From an uncultured Chloroflexia bacterium (lineage in GTDB: Bacteria > Chloroflexota > Anaerolineae > Anaerolineales > Anaerolineaceae): a stretch of 32,000 nt of DNA. The stretch is taken from positions 1,410,001 through 1,442,000 of the forward strand of contig OY969938.1 in assembly GCA_963704755.1 (NCBI GenBank), read 5' to 3'. A program made the position numbers and the translations under genes. Positions within the stretch are counted from its first letter, which is position 1. The number at the start of each line of letters is the position of its first letter. Shown one piece after another: positions 14,110 to 22,370 of the stretch. The notes under the pieces were generated by a model. It saw only the letters and a list, made by a program, of their open reading frames with translations. It did not search any database and was not told the origin of the DNA.

Positions 14110-15796
14110 TTTCCAGCTCGAAAATCCGGCGCAGGATGGCAACGGTAGTGGCGTAGGTAGAATCCATACCAAAATAGGATAAGGTACCCGCCCCAAGGTT
14201 CTTGCCTTTGCTGAGGGGTGTATCCGATACATAGTGCAGCATACCCAGGTCGAAGGGCAGGTTGTACAGGTTGACGATCTCGTTGGAGGGATGGCGCTTG
14301 GGGCGGAACATTTCGTACACCGCGGATAAGTATGGTCCACCCTCCATTTCTATATCGGTATAACCCTCGCGATAAAAAACATCCATAATGCGGGCGTTTT
14401 GCAAGAAGGTGCCATATACGCTGACGGCCTTCTGGTTATCCAGCACGGTGCCGTATAGGAGGTAAGGCGCCACGTGAGCGGCCGTGAAACAATTCTGGAA
14501 CAGGTAGGTATTTTCAGAATGCTCGTCCTGGACCACATCCGGGATCATCACATCCCCCATGCGCCCGTTGAGGGTAGCCGCCTTGCCCAGGATGTACACT
14601 CCCAGGATGGGATAGGCATGCTCGGCGATCTTGACCAGCAGGTTGTAGGCGGATAGTCCCAACGGGTAATCGATATTGAGCAGCAGGGCGTCGCTGTTTG
14701 CCATCCAGGACCAGTCACCTTGTCCCAGGCGCGGATCGATGCGTTCCGGCCGCAATTTGGCCAGATCGATGATCTGGGCTTCGACATCGAAATAATGCTC
14801 GCTGGGAATCCGCACAATGCCGGCTTCGGCCTCGCCCACCCGTTGAGCGTGAACCAGGGCCCGCCCTTCCGGCGATTGTTGGTATTTCTTCATGACATAA
14901 TATAGAAAATTTTCCCGGCTGGAGGCAATCTGGCCGTTGCAGATATTCTCCCACTCGGATTTCAGACTCTGGTTTTCCTTACGATTCAGGTAGCGGTCCA
15001 GTTCTTCCTGGTGCTGGTAAGCAAAGCCGGATAGCATATTGACCAGGCTGTGCGTGTTGCTGGAAATAAAATACACCGGCCGTTCCCCCACGGCCGGGCA
15101 GCACTTTTCGATATTATCCCACCAAGCGCGCGTCGCCCGGCGGTAATCAGAAATCGAGCCGCTCAACAAGCGGATGCCAATTTGCGCCCGCCGGTGGGCG
15201 ATGTGCTGCAAATTAGCCCCAAACTCACGCCCCCAGATCGTACGCAGGCGCTCCAGGTCGTCGACCGACATTTCCAGCAAGTTGGCCAGCTCTTTGAAAG
15301 AATCCGGCTCTTTTTCGACGGCTTTCCAGGTCAGTGTTTTGGGCCAGCGCTGGAGCAGGTCATGCATTTTGTTCCACTCGATCTCGTAAGCCGTCAGCAC
15401 CGGGATCACGTCATCGATGTCCGAGCGACTGGCGATATAGCAGGCCAGGGTATCTTTTCCGTTAAAAAAGCACCGCCGCCGGCGTGCTCGCGCCGAGACC
15501 TGCTGCCAGTGCTCCACGTCCACATAACCGTGCTGGAAAAACACCGATGCGCTTTGCCCAAGCAATACCGAACTGACGTCCGGCATACAATCCGGCAAGC
15601 GCAGCAGCGAATAAATAAAAGCCGAGGTATCCGGTGAGGACTTACGCACGTCGGGGTGCAGCGAGGAATTGGTCGCCGCGTGCACTTCCTCCAGGGCCCA
15701 AATCTTGACTTCATCGGTGGTGCGCAGCAAAGAATATATGGTCCGCAAATAGAGGGCGATTTCTTCTGAAGCAGTGCTTGGGACAGTCCGTTCCAT
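14084..15796 (-). CDS. Uncharacterised 570-aa protein; C-terminal third resembles the PNP/UDP-1 (nucleoside phosphorylase / MTA nucleosidase / AMP nucleosidase) fold
   Basis: Intact ORF with non-repetitive composition. The C-terminal blocks LLLNIDYPLGLSAYNL, ILGKAATLNGRMGDVMIP and GYTDIEMEGGPYLSAV resemble the glycine-rich strand and the E-M-E motif of the PNP_UDP_1 family. I do not recognise the roughly 350-aa N-terminal region. Confidence 0.75.
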   Translation of the reverse strand: MERTVPSTASEEIALYLRTIYSLLRTTDEVKIWALEEVHAATNSSLHPDVRKSSPDTSAFIYSLLRLPDCMPDVSSVLLGQSASVFFQHGYVDVEHWQQVSARARRRRCFFNGKDTLACYIASRSDIDDVIPVLTAYEIEWNKMHDLLQRWPKTLTWKAVEKEPDSFKELANLLEMSVDDLERLRTIWGREFGANLQHIAHRRAQIGIRLLSGSISDYRRATRAWWDNIEKCCPAVGERPVYFISSNTHSLVNMLSGFAYQHQEELDRYLNRKENQSLKSEWENICNGQIASSRENFLYYVMKKYQQSPEGRALVHAQRVGEAEAGIVRIPSEHYFDVEAQIIDLAKLRPERIDPRLGQGDWSWMANSDALLLNIDYPLGLSAYNLLVKIAEHAYPILGVYILGKAATLNGRMGDVMIPDVVQDEHSENTYLFQNCFTAAHVAPYLLYGTVLDNQKAVSVYGTFLQNARIMDVFYREGYTDIEMEGGPYLSAVYEMFRPKRHPSNEIVNLYNLPFDLGMLHYVSDTPLSKGKNLGAGTLSYFGMDSTYATTVAILRRIFELESKRIENRK

Positions 15797-16418
15797 ATGA
15801 TCCTGTTTGGTTAGTTTTTATTGAAAATTTGCCCACCGGGCATGCCATCAATTTGATTGTATCATGCAGCGCAACCGGACAATATATCCGCAGCGGGTTT
15901 GGGGATTCTCAAATCGGCCGGGAGGCCGGAAAATTGGGGGGTTCCATAACTACGATTTTTCTCTCCGCTCACAGCCAAAGCCCAAGAAGCGCATTATAAT
16001 TCTTGGGCGTTATTCCCAAATTGCCCCAATTTAATTGAACGGAGGCGTCTCCATAAGCCAAAAAATCTCCCTCGGGAAGGGCTTTCGATTATTGTGCTGC
16101 TTATTTTTTCATTCGATTGCATTGCGTCCCATATACCGTTTTGGGGGCACAAATAGCAGGCCAGATTGTGACGAATAGTACTATCTGAAAACATCAATTT
16201 TGGTAAACTTATTAACAGAAGAATTGCCAGACAGGCTGCCAAAATTCGCTTCGTAAGAGATCACCAAAGTATTTTTGCCTCCATTATTACCCGCTCTTAC
16301 ATGGATTGGCTTGGAATACTAAATCGAGTGCAAATATACTGCCCTCATACTCAGTCAGCATACCATCCCCAGGTTGGGATGATTATGTACAATACGGTTC
16401 ATTAACCGGAGGTCGAGA

Positions 16419-17258
16419 TTGATTCACATACTCGTAGGGATTAAACAAGTCCCAGATACAACCAATATCCGCATCAATCCTGAAACTGGAAACCTCATCC
16501 GGCAAGGGATCCCCACCATCTTAAACCCGTATGACGCTCATGCAGTTGCCGCCGCTGTGGAATGGAAGCACAAATTAGGTGGAAAGGTCACCATTATCAC
16601 CATGGGACCGCCCAGTTCGGTCACGTCTTTACGGGAGTGCATTGAAATGGGTGCCGATCGGGCTATTTTGCTTTCCGCCCGGCAGTTCGCTGGCGCCGAT
16701 ACGCTGGCTACGTCTTTTGTACTGGCCGAGGCCATCAAAGCGATCAATGAACAGGATCCCATTCATTTAGTGTTATTTGGCAAGCAGGCCATCGATGGGG
16801 ATACGGCTCAGGTTGGGCCCGGTGTAAGTGTCCGCATGGGTTGCCCGTTGATCACTTACGCGGTCAAAATCCACGAAATTAACGTTGCAGAAAATTACAT
16901 GCTGACGGAAAGAAAAACCGAACATTGGAACGAGGTCGTTAAAACACCTTTACCATCCTTGCTGACCTGCGAAAAAGACGTCGCCGAAATTCCGTTTGCT
17001 TCTTTGCCCGAATTGGTTTACTCGCTTAAATACGAGCCCGAAATCTGGACTGCGGAAGAGCCAATTGCCTTTGCGCCTGACCAAATCGGCCTGAAAGGCT
17101 CACCGACCACGGTCTTCAAGACCCAAAATCCGGAAAAACACCCCCAGGGCGAAATGATCAAAGTTGCCGAAGTGGGTATCGATGCAGCCGTCAAATCTGC
17201 CTTCGATAAAGTGTTCGCAGCCAACGTTCTGGACGGCTTTAATGGAGCGGCAAAATGA
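16419..17258 (+). CDS. fixA: Electron transfer flavoprotein beta subunit (FixA/EtfB)
   Basis: TTG start 6 nt after GGAGG. MIHILVGIKQVPDT...NPYDAHAVAAAVEWK...GADRAILLS...FAGADTLATS are typical EtfB blocks. Confidence 0.9.
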   Translation: MIHILVGIKQVPDTTNIRINPETGNLIRQGIPTILNPYDAHAVAAAVEWKHKLGGKVTIITMGPPSSVTSLRECIEMGADRAILLSARQFAGADTLATSFVLAEAIKAINEQDPIHLVLFGKQAIDGDTAQVGPGVSVRMGCPLITYAVKIHEINVAENYMLTERKTEHWNEVVKTPLPSLLTCEKDVAEIPFASLPELVYSLKYEPEIWTAEEPIAFAPDQIGLKGSPTTVFKTQNPEKHPQGEMIKVAEVGIDAAVKSAFDKVFAANVLDGFNGAAK

Positions 17259-18298
17259 GCAGAAAATTCTGGGTGTATATCGAACAAGAAGAAGGCAATG
17301 TCCACCCCGTTTCATGGGAACTGCTCGGTGTAGCCCGCCGGCTGGCCGATCAGGTCAAAGATGAAGCCGAGGCTGCCCACGAACAAATCATCGTCGAAGG
17401 CATCCTGGTGGGCCATGACGTAAAAAATATCGCCGAAGAGGCCATTCAACACGGCGCCGAACACATATACCTGGTGGATGATCCTGTTTTCGATCATTAT
17501 CGCAACAAACCTTACTGCAAAGCCCTGGCTTCGCTGGCCAACGAGTACAAGCCCGAGGTCTTCCTGATTGGCGCCACAACCCTGGGCCGCGACCTGGCCG
17601 GTTCGGTGGCTACCAGCCTGGGCACCGGCCTGACCGCCGACTGCACCCAACTGGAAATGGGCGAGGCCAAAGGCGCGACCGGCAAATTATTGCTGGCCAC
17701 TCGCCCGGCTTTCGGCGGCAACGTGATCGCCACCATCGTCTGCCGCAACCATCGCCCGCAAATGGCCTCGGTGCGGCCACGGGTCTTCCCCATGCCGGAA
17801 GTCAACCCGGACGCCAAAGGTGAAATTACCAGCGAGAAGGTCTCGATTAGCGAAGAAGAGGCCGCTGCACAGATCATTAAAGTCATCCGCAACGAGGCTG
17901 AAAATGCGAAGATCGAATACGCCGACATCCTCGTCTCGGGTGGGCGCGCCATGGGCGGCCCGGAAGGCTTCACCTTGCTGAAAGAGCTGGCCGACGAACT
18001 GGGCGGCGTAGTTTCCTCCTCCCGCCCGTGTGTCGATGCCGGCTGGATCCCATACGATCACCAGGTTGGCCAGACCGGAAAAACCGTGCGCCCCAAGCTG
18101 TACATTGCTGCCGGTATTTCAGGCGCAATCCAGCACAAAGTAGGCATGCAAGATTCGGATTTCATCCTGGCCATCAACCGCGATCCGCACGCCCCAATTT
18201 TCGAAATTGCTACCTATGGCATTGTCGGCGATCTGTTCGAAGTGATCCCTGCGATGATTAAAGAAATTCGCGCACAAAAAGAGGCACAGCATGTCTGA
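17255..18298 (+). CDS. fixB: Electron transfer flavoprotein alpha subunit (FixB/EtfA)
   Basis: ATGA overlap with fixA. The C-terminal FAD-binding block is VSGGRAMGGPEGF...PKLYIAAGISGAIQHKVGM. 347 aa. Confidence 0.9.
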   Translation: MSRKFWVYIEQEEGNVHPVSWELLGVARRLADQVKDEAEAAHEQIIVEGILVGHDVKNIAEEAIQHGAEHIYLVDDPVFDHYRNKPYCKALASLANEYKPEVFLIGATTLGRDLAGSVATSLGTGLTADCTQLEMGEAKGATGKLLLATRPAFGGNVIATIVCRNHRPQMASVRPRVFPMPEVNPDAKGEITSEKVSISEEEAAAQIIKVIRNEAENAKIEYADILVSGGRAMGGPEGFTLLKELADELGGVVSSSRPCVDAGWIPYDHQVGQTGKTVRPKLYIAAGISGAIQHKVGMQDSDFILAINRDPHAPIFEIATYGIVGDLFEVIPAMIKEIRAQKEAQHV

Positions 18299-19631
18299 AG
18301 CACAAAAACGCGACGAAGAGAAGATCAGTTTTGACGTTATTGTTGTTGGAGCCGGCCTGTCTGGGGCTGCCGCTGCCGCCATCGCCGCGCGAGGAGGTTT
18401 AAAAGTAGCCCTGATCGAGCGCGGACACGCTGCCGGTGGAAAGAATTTCTTCGGCGGCGCGGTTTACACGCACGCTTTGCAAGAGATTTACCCGGACATC
18501 TGGGATCGCCGTCCGCCCCTAGAGCGCCCGGTCACCGAGGCCGGTTTCTGGCTGCTGTCCAAAGACGGCATGGTCCGCATGACTGCCCAGGGCGGCCAGC
18601 TCAAAAGCAACCCGGCCGACGCGCATGTGGCCCTGATGGCCAAGTTCAGCTCCTGGTGGGCCGAACAGGCTCAAAAAGAAGGTGCTTTCCTGATTCCCAA
18701 GACCACCGTGGTCGATTTCATCCGCGACGGTAACGGTAAGGTTATCGGCGTAAAGACCGACCGGACCGATGGCGATATCTACGCCCCGGTGACCATCCTG
18801 TGCGAAGGCGTGAACAACCTGCTGACCCAGAAACTGGGGCTTATCGACCACGACCTGAAGCCGGACAAAGTAGCTTTGGGCGTCAAGCAGTTGATCTCGC
18901 TGCCGGCCGAAACGATCAACGCCCGCTTTGGCCTTGTGGACAAGGATCACGGCCTGGCGGTTTCGGTCATGGGCGACGTCTCTATGGGCCTGACCGGCAT
19001 GGGCTTTCTCTACACCGGCGTCGATTGCATCTCGGTCGGCCTGGGCGTGAACCTCGACCTGCTGGAAAAATATCACTTGCGCCCATACGAGATCTTGCAG
19101 CGCTATCTCAACCACCCCCAGATCGCCCCGTTGATCGCCGGCGGCCAATTGATGGAATACGGCGCGCACCTCATCCCGGAAGGCGGCTGGAAAGAAATGC
19201 CCAGGCTGTACACCGATGGCGTCATGGTTGCCGGTGACGCGGCCACCATGGTCAACGCGCTGCACTGGGAAGGCACCAACATGGCCATCGTCGCCGGCAA
19301 AGTCGCCGCCGAAACGGCTATCGAGGCCCACAAACGCCAGGATTTCTCGGCCCAAACGCTCAGCTTGTATCGCAAGAGCCTGGAAAACCGCTTCATTTTG
19401 AAAGACCTGTACCAGTATCGCAAGCTGTCCGGTTTCTTGAATTCACATCCCGAATTCATGGACGTGTACCCCAACTTCGTCAACGACGCGCTCGGGATGT
19501 TCGTCAACGGGTTTGGTAAACCCAAGAAACAACTCTATCGCGATATCCTCCATTCGCTCACATCCAGGCGCCCCCTGATGCGTGCCGTGGGAGATATTCT
19601 CTCCTTAGGTAGAACGGTAATGGGATGGTAA
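18291..19631 (+). CDS. fixC: FAD-dependent oxidoreductase FixC (ETF-quinone oxidoreductase-like)
   Basis: 8-nt overlap with fixB. FDVIVVGAGLSGAAAAAIAARGGLKVALIERG is the FAD GxGxxG fold. 446 aa, in the canonical fixABCX position. Confidence 0.88.
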   Translation: MSEAQKRDEEKISFDVIVVGAGLSGAAAAAIAARGGLKVALIERGHAAGGKNFFGGAVYTHALQEIYPDIWDRRPPLERPVTEAGFWLLSKDGMVRMTAQGGQLKSNPADAHVALMAKFSSWWAEQAQKEGAFLIPKTTVVDFIRDGNGKVIGVKTDRTDGDIYAPVTILCEGVNNLLTQKLGLIDHDLKPDKVALGVKQLISLPAETINARFGLVDKDHGLAVSVMGDVSMGLTGMGFLYTGVDCISVGLGVNLDLLEKYHLRPYEILQRYLNHPQIAPLIAGGQLMEYGAHLIPEGGWKEMPRLYTDGVMVAGDAATMVNALHWEGTNMAIVAGKVAAETAIEAHKRQDFSAQTLSLYRKSLENRFILKDLYQYRKLSGFLNSHPEFMDVYPNFVNDALGMFVNGFGKPKKQLYRDILHSLTSRRPLMRAVGDILSLGRTVMGW

Positions 19632-19981
19632 AACAAATGACTACGAATACCCTTAACGCCAATGGCCACGAACCCGTCGCAGTGGACGAAAGCCTGCCGA
19701 CCGTATTCATCGACGACGTGCTCATGTCGCTCAAATACTACGTGGACGAAAACAAAGGCCACGTCCACATCGTCGAACAGGAAGTCTGCCAGAAATGCAC
19801 CACCCGGGGATGCCTGTACTTTTGCCCGGCCGGCGCCTACCGCGCCCAGGCAGATGGGCAGATCCAAATTTCTTATCAGAGCTGCATCGAATGCGGAAGC
19901 TGCCGGGTGATGTGCCCCAACAATAACATCGAATGGAACCTGCCCCGCGGCGGTTTTGGAGTATCTTATAAGTTCGGTTAG
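19625..19981 (+). CDS. fixX: Ferredoxin-like protein FixX
   Basis: ATGGTAA overlap with the fixC stop (alternative ATG at 19637). Cys-rich tail: CQKCTTRGCLYFCPAGAY...CIECGSCRVMCP. Confidence 0.85.
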   Translation: MVKQMTTNTLNANGHEPVAVDESLPTVFIDDVLMSLKYYVDENKGHVHIVEQEVCQKCTTRGCLYFCPAGAYRAQADGQIQISYQSCIECGSCRVMCPNNNIEWNLPRGGFGVSYKFG

Positions 19982-19990
19982 CTCTATGAA

Positions 19991-20045
19991 ATCGATCTAA
20001 AATAAAAAACACCCGCGCTGCGGGTGTTTTTTATTTTAGATCGAT
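19991..20045. terminator. Bidirectional intrinsic terminator (perfect 26-bp palindrome) 10 nt after the fixX stop
   Basis: ATCGATCTAAAATAAAAAACACCCGC-GCT-GCGGGTGTTTTTTATTTTAGATCGAT. The GC-rich apex CACCCGC/GCGGGTG is flanked by an A-tract upstream and a T-tract downstream on both strands. Confidence 0.8.
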
Positions 20046-20159
20046 CCTACTCAGGCCCAAGTTGGAAAGTCCCCGAATTTGAGGTGTTTGCGGGGGCTTC
20101 GCTCCCGCAAACACCTCAAATTCGGCTTTCTTTCCCGATAGGTTGAGCCGTTACTTGAG
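20046..20159. repeat. Nested palindromic element, homologue of 6239-6348
   Basis: 5' flank CCTACTCAGGCCCAAGTTGGAAAGT. Hairpin CCGAATTTGAGGTGTTTGCGGGGGC (20073-20097), loop TTC, then GCTCCCGCAAACACCTCAAATTCGG (20101-20125), with one G-T pair. The 3' flank is related to that of 6319-6348. Confidence 0.9.
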
Positions 20160-20168
20160 ATCAGTACC

Positions 20169-20276
20169 TTATGGTTTTGCCGCTAGCAGCTGCTGCTGAG
20201 TGATGCAGTGGATGTTCCCGCCGCCCAGGAAAATTTCGCGGGGCTTGACCGGCACGATCTTGAATGGTTTTCTCAT
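20169..20276 (-). pseudogene. Orphan C-terminal remnant of an agmatine deiminase / PAD-porph family gene
   Basis: Hand translation of the minus strand gives MRKPFKIVPVKPREIFLGGGNIHCITQQQLLAAKP*. GGGNIHCITQQ is the C-terminal catalytic-Cys motif of agmatine deiminases. No upstream part of such a gene exists in 20277-20560. Confidence 0.6.
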
Positions 20277-20302
20277 GTTCGCTTGACAAAACCAGAAATT
20301 TT

Positions 20303-20421
20303 GTCATCGCGAGCCCTGGCTGCTTCTTGCCCAAGGGGCATGCTGCGCACCAGGGCGTGGCGATCTCATCACTGGCGTTGAGATTGCCACAGGCAGCAAA
20401 AAACGCTGCCAGTGCAATGAC
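20303..20421. repeat. Two degenerate palindromic repeats of the GTCATYGCGAG...GCAATGAC type
   Basis: GTCATCGCGAGCCCTGG (20303-20319) is loosely mirrored by CCAGGGCGTGGCGAT (20350-20364). GAGATTGCCACAGGCAGC-AAAAAAC-GCTGCCAGTGCAATGAC spans 20380-20421. Track ORF 20264-20584 is a translation of these repeats. Confidence 0.6.
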
Positions 20422-20464
20422 AAACCCTTTCTTGAGAAAGCCATGCGGCTCCGCAGCACCCTGC

Positions 20465-20493
20465 TTGAAACTTATGACGCAGCGCGTTATAAT
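20465..20493 (+). promoter_or_regulatory. Near-consensus sigma-70 promoter for the phasin-phaR pair
   Basis: TTGAAA (20465-20470), a 17-nt spacer, then TATAAT (20488-20493). The leader hairpin GCCGCCC-AATCCC-GGGCGGC lies downstream, and the phasin ATG is at 20559 with GGAGG 9 nt upstream. Confidence 0.6.
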
Positions 20494-20558
20494 TCATTTA
20501 TCCACTGCCGCCCAATCCCGGGCGGCTACAAAAAGACCCGGATCGGAGGTTTTATACT

Positions 20559-20909
20559 ATGGCCGGAAAAATGGATCCATCTGAAGAAAACGAACGGGAA
20601 CGCTCTCCCTTCTACGATATTTCACGCAAATTGCTCCTGGCCGGTATCGGCGCGGCCGTGATCGCCCAGGAAGAAATCAACTCTTTCGTCGGCCGCATGG
20701 CCGAAAAAGGTGAACTGGCCGAAAAAGAAGCCCGCCAATTGGCCAAAGAAATGCGCGAACGGCGCGAGAACCTGTTACATGAACGGCGCGACGATTTCCA
20801 AAAATCACGCCCGGCAGCCGCCAGCAAAGCCGATATCGACGCTCTCAGCCAGAAGATCGCCGAGCTGAACAAGAAAATCGAAGAACTCAAAAAAGCTCAA
20901 GGCAATTAG
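20559..20909 (+). CDS. Phasin-like / PHA-granule-associated coiled-coil protein
   Basis: 116 aa. The sequence ...LLLAGIGAAVIAQEEINSFVGRMAEKGELAEKEARQLAKEMRER... is charged and helical, like COG3937-type phasins. It sits immediately upstream of phaR. Confidence 0.6.
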   Translation: MAGKMDPSEENERERSPFYDISRKLLLAGIGAAVIAQEEINSFVGRMAEKGELAEKEARQLAKEMRERRENLLHERRDDFQKSRPAAASKADIDALSQKIAELNKKIEELKKAQGN

Positions 20910-20927
20910 CGCTTTACGGCGTGGCGA

Positions 20928-21431
20928 ATGGTCACCATCAAGCGCTACACCAACCGTAAGTTATACGACGTTGCCGCTCGCCGCTATGTAACGCTCAAAG
21001 AGATCGCTGAGGCCGTCCGGCACGGCGACGATGTGCGCGTGGTGGACTATCAAAACGGCGAGGATCTGACCACGCTTACCCTGCTGCAAGTGCTCCTGGA
21101 AGAGGAAAAGATTCTGGGTGGGTTCTTGCCCGGCCGGCTGCTGGCCCGCTTTATCCAGGCCGGGCAGAGCAGCCTGGATGGCTTTCGCGACGCGGTAAAC
21201 GCTTTCCTCGATCCCACCCTGTTCGTCGATGAAAGCATCCGTACGCGCATCCAGGCTTTACAGCAAATTGGCCAGATCGATGAAGGCCAGGCCAGCGAGC
21301 TTTCCAGGCTGCTGATCGACCCAAAGCTGCGCCCATCCTCGCCGGAGTCCGGCGAACATGCGGATGTCCAGGCGCTCCTGGACGAATTGGACCGGATCAG
21401 CCTATCCCTGGACGAGCTGAATTCAAGGTAA
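20928..21431 (+). CDS. phaR: Polyhydroxyalkanoate synthesis repressor PhaR
   Basis: The N-terminus MVTIKRYTNRKLYDVAARRYVTLKEIAEAVRHGDDVRVVDYQNGEDLTTLTLLQVLLEEE matches the PHB/PHA accumulation regulator DNA-binding domain pattern (IKKYxNRRLYD...YxTL...G.DV.V.D...GEDLT). Confidence 0.8.
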   Translation: MVTIKRYTNRKLYDVAARRYVTLKEIAEAVRHGDDVRVVDYQNGEDLTTLTLLQVLLEEEKILGGFLPGRLLARFIQAGQSSLDGFRDAVNAFLDPTLFVDESIRTRIQALQQIGQIDEGQASELSRLLIDPKLRPSSPESGEHADVQALLDELDRISLSLDELNSR

Positions 21432-21684
21432 CTTCTCACTCAGGCCTTGTCACAATTCAGGATATTAATCACTACCCAACGTGCCTTCTTCATCCAGATT
21501 AATTTCCTGGCAAGGATTATAATAATGGGCATACGTCCGTCGAGGACGTACGTGTTCCTGTCGCATTTGGCCGCTTGCGTCTCCCCGAACAAACCAGCAA
21601 GAAGCAGCCCGGCAGATACTCTGCACAGATCGAGTTAGCCAATATGAACTCGCGGTGCTTATCAAAGGACAGAGATTACCCGGT

Positions 21685-22119
21685 ATGGAAATATTCGGTG
21701 TTGGTTTAGGCGAATTCGTATTTATCCTGGTCATAGCCGTGATCATTTTGGGGCCCGATGGAATGGTTAAAGCAGCCCACACCCTGGGCGTGACCGCTCG
21801 TAAAGTGATTCACTCCCCTGTTTGGTCGATGCTGATGAGCACACAAAAGGAGATTCGCGAAATCCCCACCCGTCTGGTACGCGAAGCAGGACTCGAAGAA
21901 GACCTGAAAGAACTTCAAAAGGCTAACAAAGAAGTAAAAAGCTTCAGCTTGAATCAGTATACAAAAGATGTGCTAAAAGAAACCCCTGAAACAACGGCCC
22001 CCTCAGAAACAATCAAACCCCCTGAACCGGCCTCGCTACCTCAACCACAATCCTCCCATGATACCGGTGATAATGGTAAGGAGGCCGGTACCGAACAAGT
22101 AAAAGACGAGAATAACTAA
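21685..22119 (+). CDS. Twin-arginine translocase TatA/TatB-family protein (TatB-like, long acidic/Pro-rich tail)
   Basis: The internal ATG at 21685 gives MEIFGVGLGEFVFILVIAVIILGPDGMVKAAHTLGVTARKV, a TM helix plus amphipathic helix typical of TatA/B. The track ORF starts at 21655. Confidence 0.75.
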   Translation: MEIFGVGLGEFVFILVIAVIILGPDGMVKAAHTLGVTARKVIHSPVWSMLMSTQKEIREIPTRLVREAGLEEDLKELQKANKEVKSFSLNQYTKDVLKETPETTAPSETIKPPEPASLPQPQSSHDTGDNGKEAGTEQVKDENN

Positions 22120-22139
22120 CAGCTATTTCGAGCTGTTAG
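22116..22139. terminator. Shared hairpin containing the stop codons of two convergent tat genes
   Basis: CTAACAGCT-ATTTCG-AGCTGTTAG is a perfect 9-bp stem. The TAA of the plus-strand gene (22117-22119) and the TAG of tatA (complement of 22123-22125) both lie inside it. There is no clear U-tract. Confidence 0.35.
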
Positions 22140-22335
22140 GATCGATCACATCTTCGCTTTTCGCCGCGTCCTTTTCTTCATCAACTACACCTTCATCGCC
22201 TTTCAAGCCCTTCTGAAAGGAACGAAGTCCGCTGCCTAATTCACCAAAGATCTTGGAGATACGTCCTACGCCGAAAACGAGGATAACAATCACCAGGATG
22301 ATAAGTAGTTCGGGACCACCAATGTCTTTAAGCAT
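22123..22335 (-). CDS. tatA: Twin-arginine translocase subunit TatA/E
   Basis: 70 aa. MLKDIGGPELLIILVIVILVFGVGRISKIFGELGSGLRSFQKGLKG is the canonical TatA architecture. Confidence 0.88.
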   Translation of the reverse strand: MLKDIGGPELLIILVIVILVFGVGRISKIFGELGSGLRSFQKGLKGDEGVVDEEKDAAKSEDVIDPNSSK

Positions 22336-22370
22336 TTTTGTACTCCTGTAAAAGAAATTTTAACACGTTT

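Noticed and set aside
20264-20584. 106-aa ORF between the deiminase remnant and the phasin gene
   Set aside because: It translates the GTCATCGCGAG.../...GCAATGAC palindromes (VIASPG...GVAISSLALRLPQ...NAASAMT) and runs across the phasin promoter and start. It is repeat-derived.
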